A stretch of 64,000 nucleotides of DNA from an uncultured virus (IMG/VR IMGVR_UViG_3300042289_001232) (Duplodnaviria > Heunggongvirae > Uroviricota > Caudoviricetes), in the IMG/VR virus record IMGVR_UViG_3300042289_001232. One strand, written 5' to 3'. The translations under genes and the position numbers were made by a program. Positions 1-9,395 of the stretch are shown one piece after another. Numbering within the stretch: position 1 is the stretch's first letter; each line of letters begins with the position of its first letter. The notes beneath the pieces were generated by a model. The model did no database searches, was not told the DNA's origin, and saw only the letters and a list, made by a program, of their open reading frames with translations.

Positions 1-94
1 GATTCCATGGGGGGCAGTGGGTGGGTTCCCGCAGACGGCCTGTAGGAGAGGCGGCTAGACCGCCTTTACGATTCAAAAATATTCACTGTAGGGC

Positions 95-123
95 TTGACA
101 AAAGGATTTATACTCGTTATAAT
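95..123 (+). promoter_or_regulatory. Sigma70-type (early) promoter TTGACA-N17-TATAAT
   Basis: Perfect TTGACA at 95-100 and TATAAT at 118-123 with a 17-nt spacer. The GTG start of the next ORF is at 130. Confidence 0.85.
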
Positions 124-129
124 TGAATC

Positions 130-375
130 GTGAACGGAACTTCCCCTAATCCTCGTTTGACCCCGCAAGACTCAGGACTCGTTTCCCCTGACGGTAAGAA
201 GCGAATTCGTGTTTCTGCGTCTGATGAAAACAATGAATTGGTTTCCGTCTTCGTTTGGCGTGGGAATAAGTCCAGTGGCGTTTGGAACTACTACGCCACA
301 ATGTCCAAGACCTATGCCCGAATGATGTGGAAAGAACTCGTCCGTCAGGGATACGCTACCCTCAAGTTCAATTAA
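130..375 (+). CDS. Hypothetical protein (81 aa), probably early and leaderless
   Basis: ORF directly downstream of a consensus promoter. No family recognised. Confidence 0.6.
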   Translation: MNGTSPNPRLTPQDSGLVSPDGKKRIRVSASDENNELVSVFVWRGNKSSGVWNYYATMSKTYARMMWKELVRQGYATLKFN

Positions 376-457
376 ACTTGTCAAGTTAAAGGAGACACTA
401 TGCCACAATATGGTGGTTTAGTAGTCTCCATTTCATTCACAATTCATTGAATGCAAT

Positions 458-494
458 AAAACAGAAAGGGGGAGTTTCCTCCCCCATTTGTTTT
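458..494. terminator. Bidirectional intrinsic terminator
   Basis: GGGGGAG-TTTC-CTCCCCC hairpin (468-485) with an A-rich left flank and T-rich right flank, between convergent transcription units. Confidence 0.85.
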
Positions 495-511
495 GTATTT
501 TAAATGTGAAA

Positions 512-2377
512 TTAAGTGATACCAACTTGAGTTGTGTTGATCTTGACATCCGTTCCCCTCGCAAAGTTCACCCTCACATCAAATGAGTCAACTCTGATTC
601 CATCAGATGCGTTTCCGCTTGCATCTGCACTCATACCAATTTGGAATCCTTGATATGTATCATCAAAGTGATATATGGTTGATAGCCAGGCATCATTCTT
701 CAAATATCCATCACTAATACGGATGACCGAAGACTCATCCGATTCAAAAGAAGGAAGAATAGTTCCCTTATTTGCATCAAGTTTGGCTATGTCACATTGA
801 TTTAATTTCAAGATAACATTTGAGTTACGACCTGGACCAGTTGAACCTTGTACTTGAAGAGATGTTTTTTCCTGACTTCCAATACCAGGATAAGACACAT
901 CATCTATTCTTATTTGCCCATAAGAAGAAGTAATTCCGTCTTTTGATCCAAGTTCAATATTAACTCCATTACTTACTTTATTTCCTAGAATATCTAAACC
1001 ATCTACCAATGAGGGAATCACTAGCCCACTACCGGTTAGCGAAGATTCTTCTTTTCTAGTCAAATAGTATTTTGATCCAACCACAAGAATACTCGGTGAA
1101 GATGCCTCAATTCTATAAACAGTTTCATCATCGTCGTAATTATCAATAGAACTCAGATCATCTCTTGTTCGAATAATTCCCGGTCTTAGGCTTACACCAT
1201 CAGTTATTTTTACAGATCTTCCTATTTTAAATCCTGGACTACCACCAGTGATACCTGCCTTACTCTGATATGTAAAATCGCCCCACGGGCTAGTGCTATT
1301 TACATATAGAGTTTTTAATGCCGCTGGAATAACAGGTCCAACAGAGGGAATAAATTCATCGATATTGAACTTCAAACCGGTGTGATTAAGCAAGGTTACA
1401 TTGCCTGCGGTGGTTCCTAATAAATGTAACTCTCCTATGTTTGAGTATTTTGTATTGGCAAAGTGCTTATTTGCTGTATTTACTGGGTATGTAGATTCTA
1501 TTAGATTAATCATACTCCCACCAGTAGCAGAAATATTTCTAAAAATATATTTCCCTATAATTGTACTATTCAAGTAAAGATTTTGTACATTAGTCACTAA
1601 TGGAATACGCCTTAAAGAATCAGAGGTAAATCCAGTAGGTATACTTGTGTTCTCGATTTCATATGGACTATCACCAACATCAAAACCAATTTGATTTATT
1701 CTGAACATACCTCGTTCATTCTTAATGTACATTCCATATCCTGCTGGTCCCGATGTATACCCAACATCCGACAATCCAGAAGAATAACCTGTCGCTCCAC
1801 CGATTAGTACACTATCAAGAATTCCTTGAGAAGCCGTTAAACCAAGTTGCTCTCTACCATAAAGACCAATATTTACAAAGTTGTCGGTGGAAAATGCTCC
1901 AATAACACCGGTGATTCCTGCTCCAGTTCCTCCCAACCATCTATTATTCTGTGGATTCAAAGCACCAAACAAACATGCAGTTCCCCTACTATTTCCTCTT
2001 CTGTCGTATATTTGCGTCGGTAGATAATTGTTTGGGTTTGTATAACCATCCGATTTGAATGGAACACCAAAATATACAAGGTCGCTTGAACCATATGAGG
2101 TTCGATTACCCTGTGGAAGCCATCCAGTAATTCCTGGCTGACCTGGGAAACTCACACTTCCACTTTGACCTCCAGTCAGTGCGGGATAAAGAAAATTATT
2201 TGGACCCCCAACTCTCCAATTCTGCCAGAATCCCCAATAATAAGGACCAAATGCATAGTCGCCTTTTTCGGATGTCATACCGTTAATGACACTAGTCCAA
2301 ATTCCACTTCCTGATGAATACCCTGAATTAAATCCAGTATTCCCCGTCCATCCACCTACCCAATAAAAATGTGGCAT
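512..2377 (-). CDS. Paralog-cassette protein 4 (621 aa), putative virion surface/beta-helical adhesin-like protein
   Basis: Shares the N-terminal YWVGGWTGNTGxNSG...GDYAFGPYYWGFxQNWR with three neighbours. G/S/T-rich. GGAG SD upstream. Confidence 0.6.
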   Translation of the reverse strand: MPHFYWVGGWTGNTGFNSGYSSGSGIWTSVINGMTSEKGDYAFGPYYWGFWQNWRVGGPNNFLYPALTGGQSGSVSFPGQPGITGWLPQGNRTSYGSSDLVYFGVPFKSDGYTNPNNYLPTQIYDRRGNSRGTACLFGALNPQNNRWLGGTGAGITGVIGAFSTDNFVNIGLYGREQLGLTASQGILDSVLIGGATGYSSGLSDVGYTSGPAGYGMYIKNERGMFRINQIGFDVGDSPYEIENTSIPTGFTSDSLRRIPLVTNVQNLYLNSTIIGKYIFRNISATGGSMINLIESTYPVNTANKHFANTKYSNIGELHLLGTTAGNVTLLNHTGLKFNIDEFIPSVGPVIPAALKTLYVNSTSPWGDFTYQSKAGITGGSPGFKIGRSVKITDGVSLRPGIIRTRDDLSSIDNYDDDETVYRIEASSPSILVVGSKYYLTRKEESSLTGSGLVIPSLVDGLDILGNKVSNGVNIELGSKDGITSSYGQIRIDDVSYPGIGSQEKTSLQVQGSTGPGRNSNVILKLNQCDIAKLDANKGTILPSFESDESSVIRISDGYLKNDAWLSTIYHFDDTYQGFQIGMSADASGNASDGIRVDSFDVRVNFARGTDVKINTTQVGIT

Positions 2378-2405
2378 ATTTTTTTTCTCCGTTTTCTTTC
2401 TAAGT

Positions 2406-5138
2406 TTAAGTTAATCCGGGATTGAACACACCTGGAGATGTTCTAATATTCATACCAGGTGAGAACAAAATACTGTAATCATCAGTTTCACCTAATCTTG
2501 AATTTGAACCTTGAATCTGTATTCCAGTATCACCAGGTGAGTATCCGATCAAAGTATTATTCCAAGATGGATTATTTGGTGAATTGGTCAAAATTTTACC
2601 ATTACGGATGACACCATTTCTGAAAATGGGATAGATTCCAATCGGAAGTGATGAATTTGATGGTCTTACTGTGCCTGATCTAATGTTTATACTCTCAATT
2701 GTCGCACCATCAACTTCAAGATCCACAGTTCCTGTATCCGCTCCAGTTCCCCCTAGATCAACAATTACATATGGATAAGTTCTCTGTGCTATTCCAAGAG
2801 AACTTCCAATTGAAATTGATGGATTATCAGATTGTGGGTTAACAATACCGGCAGCGGTAGGATCATAAGGATCTTGTCTCATAATCTCGACTGTACCCTG
2901 AACAGCACAAGGTATTTTTATCACTTTCAATTGTTTTGGTGTAAACCGAATGGAAACATTACCAGGAATTCCACTTTCGTTCTCGTTTGTATTTTCGTTT
3001 AATATAAGACCATTAAAATAGTTACTAGTAATAATTGATCCTGCGTCCACAAACTTTGTTTCGGTATTTTCATGTGAAAGTGCTTCGAACATTCCTCCAC
3101 CGACATAAAGATGCGAAATATAGCCTGCATATTTCGTTGTTCCAATATCCACACCTGTTAGACCGGAGTATCCAGAGTATCGATTTGTACCTACGTTGGT
3201 TCCAGTTGTTAGACCCACATTTCTGAAAGCAACTTTTGCAACATGAGCACACTTCACATCGATATATCCACCATTTCCCATAATGTCAATTGGATCAAGT
3301 CCAGTATCCACATTAGCGGAAAGACCACCACCACTTCCGGTTACTGCTATTGGAATAATAGGGGCATTTCTTGTTATCATAAACAATGCTTTTTGAACTG
3401 GTAAACTAGATGAAGCGCATCCCGTAGGTGCAAAAGTTAATCCAGTTGGGAATTTCAAAACTTTACTTGTATCAGATTCATTTATGAACAATGACAGAGC
3501 GGCTGAACCATACCAATTTGAGGAAACAGAAGTTTTAGCATTGAATGAGGTCAAGCCAGCAGTTATATCATCAAGTTTTGCTTGTCTATGCGAGATAGAA
3601 TTACCGTAAATATTATCTGTTGGTTGTGTATAAGAGGCGATGCATGCTTCCCAAGGAGCAAGAACAAAAGAATTAGAGAGTGATGCTAGAGGAACTGCTG
3701 CGACATTCCAATTATCAGGTAAAAGTAACCCCATACCAACTTTACCGCCGTTGCATCCACCTCCTGAAACTATAACTTTTAAATCATCACTGTTCGCAGT
3801 TAATCCACCAATAGAGTTCAAAGGCAAATTTACAACTGCTTTTCTAATGCTAGTAAAACTTCCACTGTTAATCTGTGGCTCTACAGTCAGAGTACCAGTA
3901 GGACCATTAAAACCAACGAACAGACCACCGGCGGGATCTTCAGAACAAACTACACCAATCAGTGTATTATTTGCTATGTTCGAAACTGCTGCGGCTGTAG
4001 CATTTGTCGGAGCAATATTCGAATATAACGGAGATGGATCAAAGTTAAATGTTTTGTTGATTCCACAACCGCCATTACCATGAGTCTGATGACAAATCGA
4101 ATTCATAAGTGCTAATGGAATTGTGCAATATGAATTAGAAGTAATTCCGATATGAGTTTGAATTCCCTCAAGTGCTCCTTGCATCACTTGTTTGGTAGAT
4201 AAACTACCTTGCCCTTGCCCAAAAACATAAAATGGACCGTTTTCACTATTGTCAAATCCAACTGATCCGACATGGAGGGATGCTCTATATCTTCTAGGAA
4301 CACCAAACTCTTCATCATTAGTTGAATTAGAGGTTGCGGTTAAAGATCCATCGTTTCCGGTTCCTGATGCTAATATATGCATTAAAGCAGGATCCCAATA
4401 AACTCCTGCCCCAATTCTTGGTGCTCTATCTCTTCCCGCAATGTAATATGAATTACTGTTGCCTGTCACACCAACAATTTGTATAGGAGTACTTGATCTA
4501 AAGTATTCCAAAGCCGCTTGATATGTTGGTTCACTGAGGTCCACTGGGACATAAGGATTTTCAATGTAACAATATGCAGCATTTAGTGCCACCGTTGGCA
4601 TTGTGTTAGGTTGACCAGTAACTGAAATTTGTGTAACATTGAAGTTTTGATTTGTAACTGGAAGCGCAGGGGGGAAAGGAATTTGATATCTAAATGCAGG
4701 AACTTTACCAAATTTGGGTTGAAAACTAATGTTGATTGCATTGTTTCTAAACGATGCTGTTGTTCCAGCAGTTGAACCCAACCAACCATTATCATTAGTC
4801 AAACCACCGAACAGTAAAGATACAGGAATTTTGTGTGTGTGTCCTGGACCAGTGACTGATCCTTCAGCAGGGCCAATGAATATCGTGTCTCCTCCTCTTG
4901 GAAGGCGTGTAGCAAATTGGACGTTTGCTACACCAGCGGAGTTGGTTACTTCTCTCCAGTTCTGTACGAATCCCCAATAATAAGGACTAAATGCATAGTC
5001 CCCCTTATCGGTAGCATAACCAGTATAAACACTAGTCCAAAGACTTTGTGCTGATGCTCCAATCAGACCGTTGGTTGAAAATCCCGAGTTAAATCCTGTA
5101 TTTCCGGTCCAACCGCCGTACCAGTGAAATGTTGCCAT
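2406..5138 (-). CDS. Paralog-cassette protein 3 (910 aa), putative virion surface/adhesin-like protein
   Basis: Same N-terminal motif plus LPRGGD and LFGGL. C-terminal PIGIYPIFR...WNNTLxGxSPxDxG shared with 6897..8375. AGGAG SD. Confidence 0.6.
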   Translation of the reverse strand: MATFHWYGGWTGNTGFNSGFSTNGLIGASAQSLWTSVYTGYATDKGDYAFSPYYWGFVQNWREVTNSAGVANVQFATRLPRGGDTIFIGPAEGSVTGPGHTHKIPVSLLFGGLTNDNGWLGSTAGTTASFRNNAINISFQPKFGKVPAFRYQIPFPPALPVTNQNFNVTQISVTGQPNTMPTVALNAAYCYIENPYVPVDLSEPTYQAALEYFRSSTPIQIVGVTGNSNSYYIAGRDRAPRIGAGVYWDPALMHILASGTGNDGSLTATSNSTNDEEFGVPRRYRASLHVGSVGFDNSENGPFYVFGQGQGSLSTKQVMQGALEGIQTHIGITSNSYCTIPLALMNSICHQTHGNGGCGINKTFNFDPSPLYSNIAPTNATAAAVSNIANNTLIGVVCSEDPAGGLFVGFNGPTGTLTVEPQINSGSFTSIRKAVVNLPLNSIGGLTANSDDLKVIVSGGGCNGGKVGMGLLLPDNWNVAAVPLASLSNSFVLAPWEACIASYTQPTDNIYGNSISHRQAKLDDITAGLTSFNAKTSVSSNWYGSAALSLFINESDTSKVLKFPTGLTFAPTGCASSSLPVQKALFMITRNAPIIPIAVTGSGGGLSANVDTGLDPIDIMGNGGYIDVKCAHVAKVAFRNVGLTTGTNVGTNRYSGYSGLTGVDIGTTKYAGYISHLYVGGGMFEALSHENTETKFVDAGSIITSNYFNGLILNENTNENESGIPGNVSIRFTPKQLKVIKIPCAVQGTVEIMRQDPYDPTAAGIVNPQSDNPSISIGSSLGIAQRTYPYVIVDLGGTGADTGTVDLEVDGATIESINIRSGTVRPSNSSLPIGIYPIFRNGVIRNGKILTNSPNNPSWNNTLIGYSPGDTGIQIQGSNSRLGETDDYSILFSPGMNIRTSPGVFNPGLT

Positions 5139-5188
5139 TTTTCTCTCCTGTGATTATAGGTATGTATGTTTTCACATTATTCATCATT

Positions 5189-6874
5189 TTAAGTTATTCC
5201 GGGTGTAGTAGTCACTACACGGAAATTCTTATATTTTGGAAAATATACGTTTACATTTTTAGAATCAACTCTCAAGCCATCATCATTTGTAGATGGTCCA
5301 ATTTCAAAGTTTTGCCATCCTGTATTATTTGGATTTCTCATTTCAAGAATTGAATAGTCTTTTAAGTACCCATCGTGAATTATAATGGACGAATCAAATT
5401 CTATTTCAGGACTTGGGGCAATACATCCACCTTCTTGTCTGTGATTCTCAATATCGACGTTGTGGCACATCAAATTAAATTTGAGTCCACTATTTATAGA
5501 ATTTATGGGAATCATTTTTAACAAAGAAATTTTCTGCGTATCGAAAGGACCGTTTCGATTTCCAATTTCATAGTTAGATGTCAGTCCATATTGTGCTATC
5601 AATCCCCCTGTAAGGGTAATTGGAACAGAAGCCCCATTCAAATTATAGTAATCTGATCCAGTGACTGCTGCTGAGTAGAAAGTCACATCAGTCAATGGTG
5701 CACCACTAAATCCTTTACTACAAATAATCACTTTATTTTTAATCGTATATGGATTAATATTAACTATTCCTCTGATGGTAGATGTCTCATCAAACTCAAT
5801 TTCACCAACTGACTGATAACATGCTTGAGTTGTTTTTGAAATTAGTGAACCAATTGATGTGACATTTCCGGCTATTGAAAGTGACTTTAAACTTTCTCCT
5901 GCTGGAAAGAATACAGTTCCGAAAGTTCCACCTATAGCAAATTTGTTATTTCTTACAGTACTTGGATCAAGATCAAATCCAACTCCGAATCTAGTTGCAC
6001 TTGATGCATCTGTATTAACATTTATCGTTGGAGCCGTAGTTATATCTCCCGATGTTGCATTTAGTATGATTACTTTTACGAAATCGGAATTACACACAAA
6101 AGATGAGATAGATCCAGTAGAGCCGTATGGGTTTGCGCCTAATATCAAACTAAGAGGGCATCTTCCCCGATTATCTGATGTAAATCCAATCGGAAGATTA
6201 ATTTGTGCAGAAATTCCTTCACCAGAATCAAATCCTATTTGGTTTCTTCTGAAAGGATGACCAATTTCGGATTCTGTATTGGAAGGATAGAAATATAATC
6301 CCGTGGTATAAATTCCAAATCCTGCCGGTCCATCACGATAAGATCCTGTCACATTCGCCCAAGGCAATCCATATGATGGAAATACGTTAAACACAGTCAG
6401 ACTCTTTGCTCCTGATGCTCCCGTAACAGCATTTCCTAAACCAGACAACCAAACATTTCCAATAGGTCCAACTGCGCTCGTACTTCCAGTTAACGCACCA
6501 AATAAACAAGCAACACCTGTTCGCTTCATCGCAATATCGTATGGATATGCTGCCATTGGAGGTATTTGTGCGAATCTAACCTCATCTCCACCCCTAGGAC
6601 ATTGAATTGGGTCAAATTCCTGACCGCCCATCGGACCACCAGTCAAAGATACAACATAGCCTCTAAAAACTCCTTGACTGACCGCCACTCTCCAGTTTTG
6701 TGGAAATCCCCAATAATAAGGACCAAACGCATAGTCGCCCGACAATGATGTTTGACCATTGATTACACTAGTCCATATTGGATTAAGTCCACTAGTGCCA
6801 CCTCCAGTAGGGGAGTATCCGGAATTGAATCCTGTATTTCCTGTCCAACCACCAACCCAATAATAGATTGCCAT
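5189..6874 (-). CDS. Paralog-cassette protein 2 (561 aa), putative virion surface/adhesin-like protein
   Basis: Same N-terminal motif. CLFGAL, GPAGxG, NQIGFD, GFTSD and C-terminal DGYLK...DGxRVDS shared with 512..2377. Confidence 0.6.
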   Translation of the reverse strand: MAIYYWVGGWTGNTGFNSGYSPTGGGTSGLNPIWTSVINGQTSLSGDYAFGPYYWGFPQNWRVAVSQGVFRGYVVSLTGGPMGGQEFDPIQCPRGGDEVRFAQIPPMAAYPYDIAMKRTGVACLFGALTGSTSAVGPIGNVWLSGLGNAVTGASGAKSLTVFNVFPSYGLPWANVTGSYRDGPAGFGIYTTGLYFYPSNTESEIGHPFRRNQIGFDSGEGISAQINLPIGFTSDNRGRCPLSLILGANPYGSTGSISSFVCNSDFVKVIILNATSGDITTAPTINVNTDASSATRFGVGFDLDPSTVRNNKFAIGGTFGTVFFPAGESLKSLSIAGNVTSIGSLISKTTQACYQSVGEIEFDETSTIRGIVNINPYTIKNKVIICSKGFSGAPLTDVTFYSAAVTGSDYYNLNGASVPITLTGGLIAQYGLTSNYEIGNRNGPFDTQKISLLKMIPINSINSGLKFNLMCHNVDIENHRQEGGCIAPSPEIEFDSSIIIHDGYLKDYSILEMRNPNNTGWQNFEIGPSTNDDGLRVDSKNVNVYFPKYKNFRVVTTTPGIT

Positions 6875-6896
6875 ACATTTCTCCGTGTCTTGTTTT

Positions 6897-8375
6897 TTAA
6901 GTCTGCGTTAATCCGTCTGTAGTCTTGAAGTTTGTTCCTGGAGAAAATATGACTTTTCTTCCACCTTCAACAATAGTAAGACCTTTATCTGATGGTGAAA
7001 ATCCGACTAATGTGTTGTTCCAATCAGAACTATCCAAAGTAGGGTGGTTAAAATCAAGTATCGCAGAACGAGATATATTTCCCTCCCTGAATATTGGATA
7101 AATTCCAATTGGTTGAACTAACTCCGAAGGTTTGAATATTCCCGACTGAAGATTTGCGTTGGAAGCGATGAATGAGAACTCATTAACTACAATATCGCCT
7201 AATGTTCCTGCCGAAACACCTTCGTCATATGTATTCAAGTTCTCAATAGTAACACCACCATACCCATGTTTACTCCCTAGTTCGACATTCATCGTTCCTA
7301 TAGTTGGCCTATACAATGATAATTGTCCAGGAACACCTGCGTATATGCCAATAACACCATTAACCTTATATGGAATAATTGTCACATTTCCTGGTGAAGA
7401 CATTGTGGAAATTCCAAAATAATCCTCATTCAATAACACATTACCAATCGCACCACCATGCGAACCAACCGATAAACTATTACAATTAAAGTTAAATCCA
7501 GCATGATCGTATGATGAGAAATTTCCTCCGTTTATTACAACACCTCCAAAAAATCCAGATAGTTTTGTTGATACAGGAGGTGCGGCATCAGGAAATTGTG
7601 GTCTGTTAGATTCAAACCCAGTATTGAATGCATCATCACTCGGTCCCGTAAACATAATAGGAGTTTGACTAAAGGATGCAGGATTGCCCTTTAAACTTAA
7701 AATTCCAATTTTTGCATAAGGCGAGAAAACCTGAAAATTTCCTAAAAGCACTTTCAGTAATTCTATCCCATTTGTGTCAGCAGATAATCCAAGAACATTT
7801 CCCGCAAATACTGCTGTCCCACCCTCACCACAGTCAAATCCAATTTGATTTACACGGAATTTTCCTTTATATTCACCAAATCCAGCAGGTCCATTTGTTA
7901 CTTGTAAAGAATTATCTGTTGATGGATGACCCCATAAATGACTAACACTAAAACTAATCAATCCCTGTGCAAGAGAGGTAGTAAGTCCAGTTGACCCCAA
8001 CCAAGAAGTTCCTCCACTTAAACCACCAAACAACATTGCAGTTTCAGTTAAATCCGATGAAGTAATTTCTCTAGAGCCAAACAAAACAGTATCTCCACCT
8101 CTTGGGAGATTTGATGCGGGTGTTAATTTATACTGATTTGAATTTGGAATATTTGATCTCAGTCTCCAGTTCTGAATAAATCCCCAATAATAAGGACCAA
8201 ATGCGAAATCACCACCTGTTGCTTGTGCGCCGTTGAATGGACTCGTCCATAATGGCCCGTATGTGTACAAATCTCCAGTTGGTCCTGCGACCACAGAGAC
8301 ACTTCCGGTTGCGGCAAATCCAGAGTTAATTCCTGTATTTCCCGTCCAACCACCCACCCAATAATAGACTGCCAT
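6897..8375 (-). CDS. Paralog-cassette protein 1 (492 aa), putative virion surface/adhesin-like protein
   Basis: Same N-terminal motif. First gene after the late promoter motif at 8412-8418. AGGAG SD. Confidence 0.6.
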   Translation of the reverse strand: MAVYYWVGGWTGNTGINSGFAATGSVSVVAGPTGDLYTYGPLWTSPFNGAQATGGDFAFGPYYWGFIQNWRLRSNIPNSNQYKLTPASNLPRGGDTVLFGSREITSSDLTETAMLFGGLSGGTSWLGSTGLTTSLAQGLISFSVSHLWGHPSTDNSLQVTNGPAGFGEYKGKFRVNQIGFDCGEGGTAVFAGNVLGLSADTNGIELLKVLLGNFQVFSPYAKIGILSLKGNPASFSQTPIMFTGPSDDAFNTGFESNRPQFPDAAPPVSTKLSGFFGGVVINGGNFSSYDHAGFNFNCNSLSVGSHGGAIGNVLLNEDYFGISTMSSPGNVTIIPYKVNGVIGIYAGVPGQLSLYRPTIGTMNVELGSKHGYGGVTIENLNTYDEGVSAGTLGDIVVNEFSFIASNANLQSGIFKPSELVQPIGIYPIFREGNISRSAILDFNHPTLDSSDWNNTLVGFSPSDKGLTIVEGGRKVIFSPGTNFKTTDGLTQT

Positions 8376-8411
8376 ACATTTCTCCTACTGTGAGATTTGA
8401 TGATGTACTCA

Positions 8412-8418
8412 TATTTAG
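8412..8418 (-). promoter_or_regulatory. T4-type late promoter motif (CTAAATA) for the four-paralog cassette
   Basis: TATTTAG on + strand in an intergenic region. The same motif precedes many structural genes in this window. Confidence 0.7.
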
Positions 8419-8484
8419 GATTAAGAAAGACTGAGAAACAATATCTTTCCTAAGAGGAGATTGCAAATATCAATACGAAACTGC

Positions 8485-8853
8485 TTATAGAGGGGGTTTA
8501 TTGCTAATTGATGTTTCAGTTTCAGTTTTGGCTATAGATTTCTTATCTTCTTCATTTGCAAGACGCTCTGCCTTTTTAGCAGCAGCAACTATTTTATTCT
8601 TTTCAAATTCACATGTCTCACACACGAAAGGCTTCTTAATAAGTTCTCTCCACACCCAAGCACCCACAATAATTAATACAGGTAGATACCAAGCGATCCA
8701 ACCCCAACCAGTTTCTATTTTGTTATTTCTTGCAATCTGTTCTTTGAGACTCAACATGATAACTGAATCTTTCGTTGTATCGGGTACGATTTCAGGTGTA
8801 GTGCAACACGCACCAAGAAAAAGTGCAGTAAGTAGTAATAGTTTAATATTCAT
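8485..8853 (-). CDS. Lipoprotein with internal transmembrane helix (possible spanin-like lysis protein)
   Basis: Likely start ATG 8853 behind AAGGAG. MNIKLLLLTALFLGAC is a signal peptide plus lipobox, followed later by TM WGWIAWYLPVLIIVGAWVW. Confidence 0.55.
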   Translation of the reverse strand: MNIKLLLLTALFLGACCTTPEIVPDTTKDSVIMLSLKEQIARNNKIETGWGWIAWYLPVLIIVGAWVWRELIKKPFVCETCEFEKNKIVAAAKKAERLANEEDKKSIAKTETETSISNKPPL

Positions 8854-8863
8854 GTGGTTCTCC

Positions 8864-9301
8864 TTAATTTCTGTTGGTTGCTGCTGCGGTTCCGAAATAG
8901 AAACCGACAATGCTTACAAGAATCTGTCGTGTTTCGGACGCATAAACGAATCCGTTAACTTCAACGAAGTACTTTTTTGCTGTAGTAGGTATCAAACCGA
9001 ACAAACCCTCTGATGTATTTGTGTCCACTTCAACAAATGTTGGTACACCAAAAAATGGGAGAATAAACGGAGCGAGAAGAGTTCCAAATAAGACAGAAAG
9101 CACGATAAGTTGACGAACTCCCTTGCCTACATCAATAGGCACTCTATACGCTGCTTTGTCTTGATTTTCAGTTGTTCTCTTGTTTGCCTCTATAAGGCGA
9201 TTAAACATCTCTTTTTGGTCTTGTGCTTTTTGCGCCATGAACTTGAATAAAAATCCAACAGCGGATCCAGCGATTAATGATATGAGTTCGGGTGCGAACA
9301 T
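8864..9301 (-). CDS. Membrane protein, putative holin (3TM-holin-like)
   Basis: Three hydrophobic segments and a C-terminal ILVSIVGFYFG motif reminiscent of 3TM holins. Late motif ATAAATA at 9338-9344 upstream. Confidence 0.5.
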   Translation of the reverse strand: MFAPELISLIAGSAVGFLFKFMAQKAQDQKEMFNRLIEANKRTTENQDKAAYRVPIDVGKGVRQLIVLSVLFGTLLAPFILPFFGVPTFVEVDTNTSEGLFGLIPTTAKKYFVEVNGFVYASETRQILVSIVGFYFGTAAATNRN

Positions 9302-9337
9302 ATTAAATCTTTCTTTGAAGTTCCAATAGTATCTGAT

Positions 9338-9344
9338 TATTTAT
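9338..9344 (-). promoter_or_regulatory. Late promoter motif (ATAAATA)
   Basis: TATTTAT on + strand upstream of the putative holin. Confidence 0.55.
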
Positions 9345-9395
9345 GGATTCAAAACTCTCAAAGCAACAAAAGAATGTGTTCAATTTTTAAAGTAA

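Noticed and set aside
512..8375. Diversity-generating retroelement or invertase shufflon acting on the paralog cassette
   Set aside because: No reverse transcriptase or recombinase is in the window, I saw no TR/VR pair with adenine-specific differences, and all copies are full-length and co-oriented.
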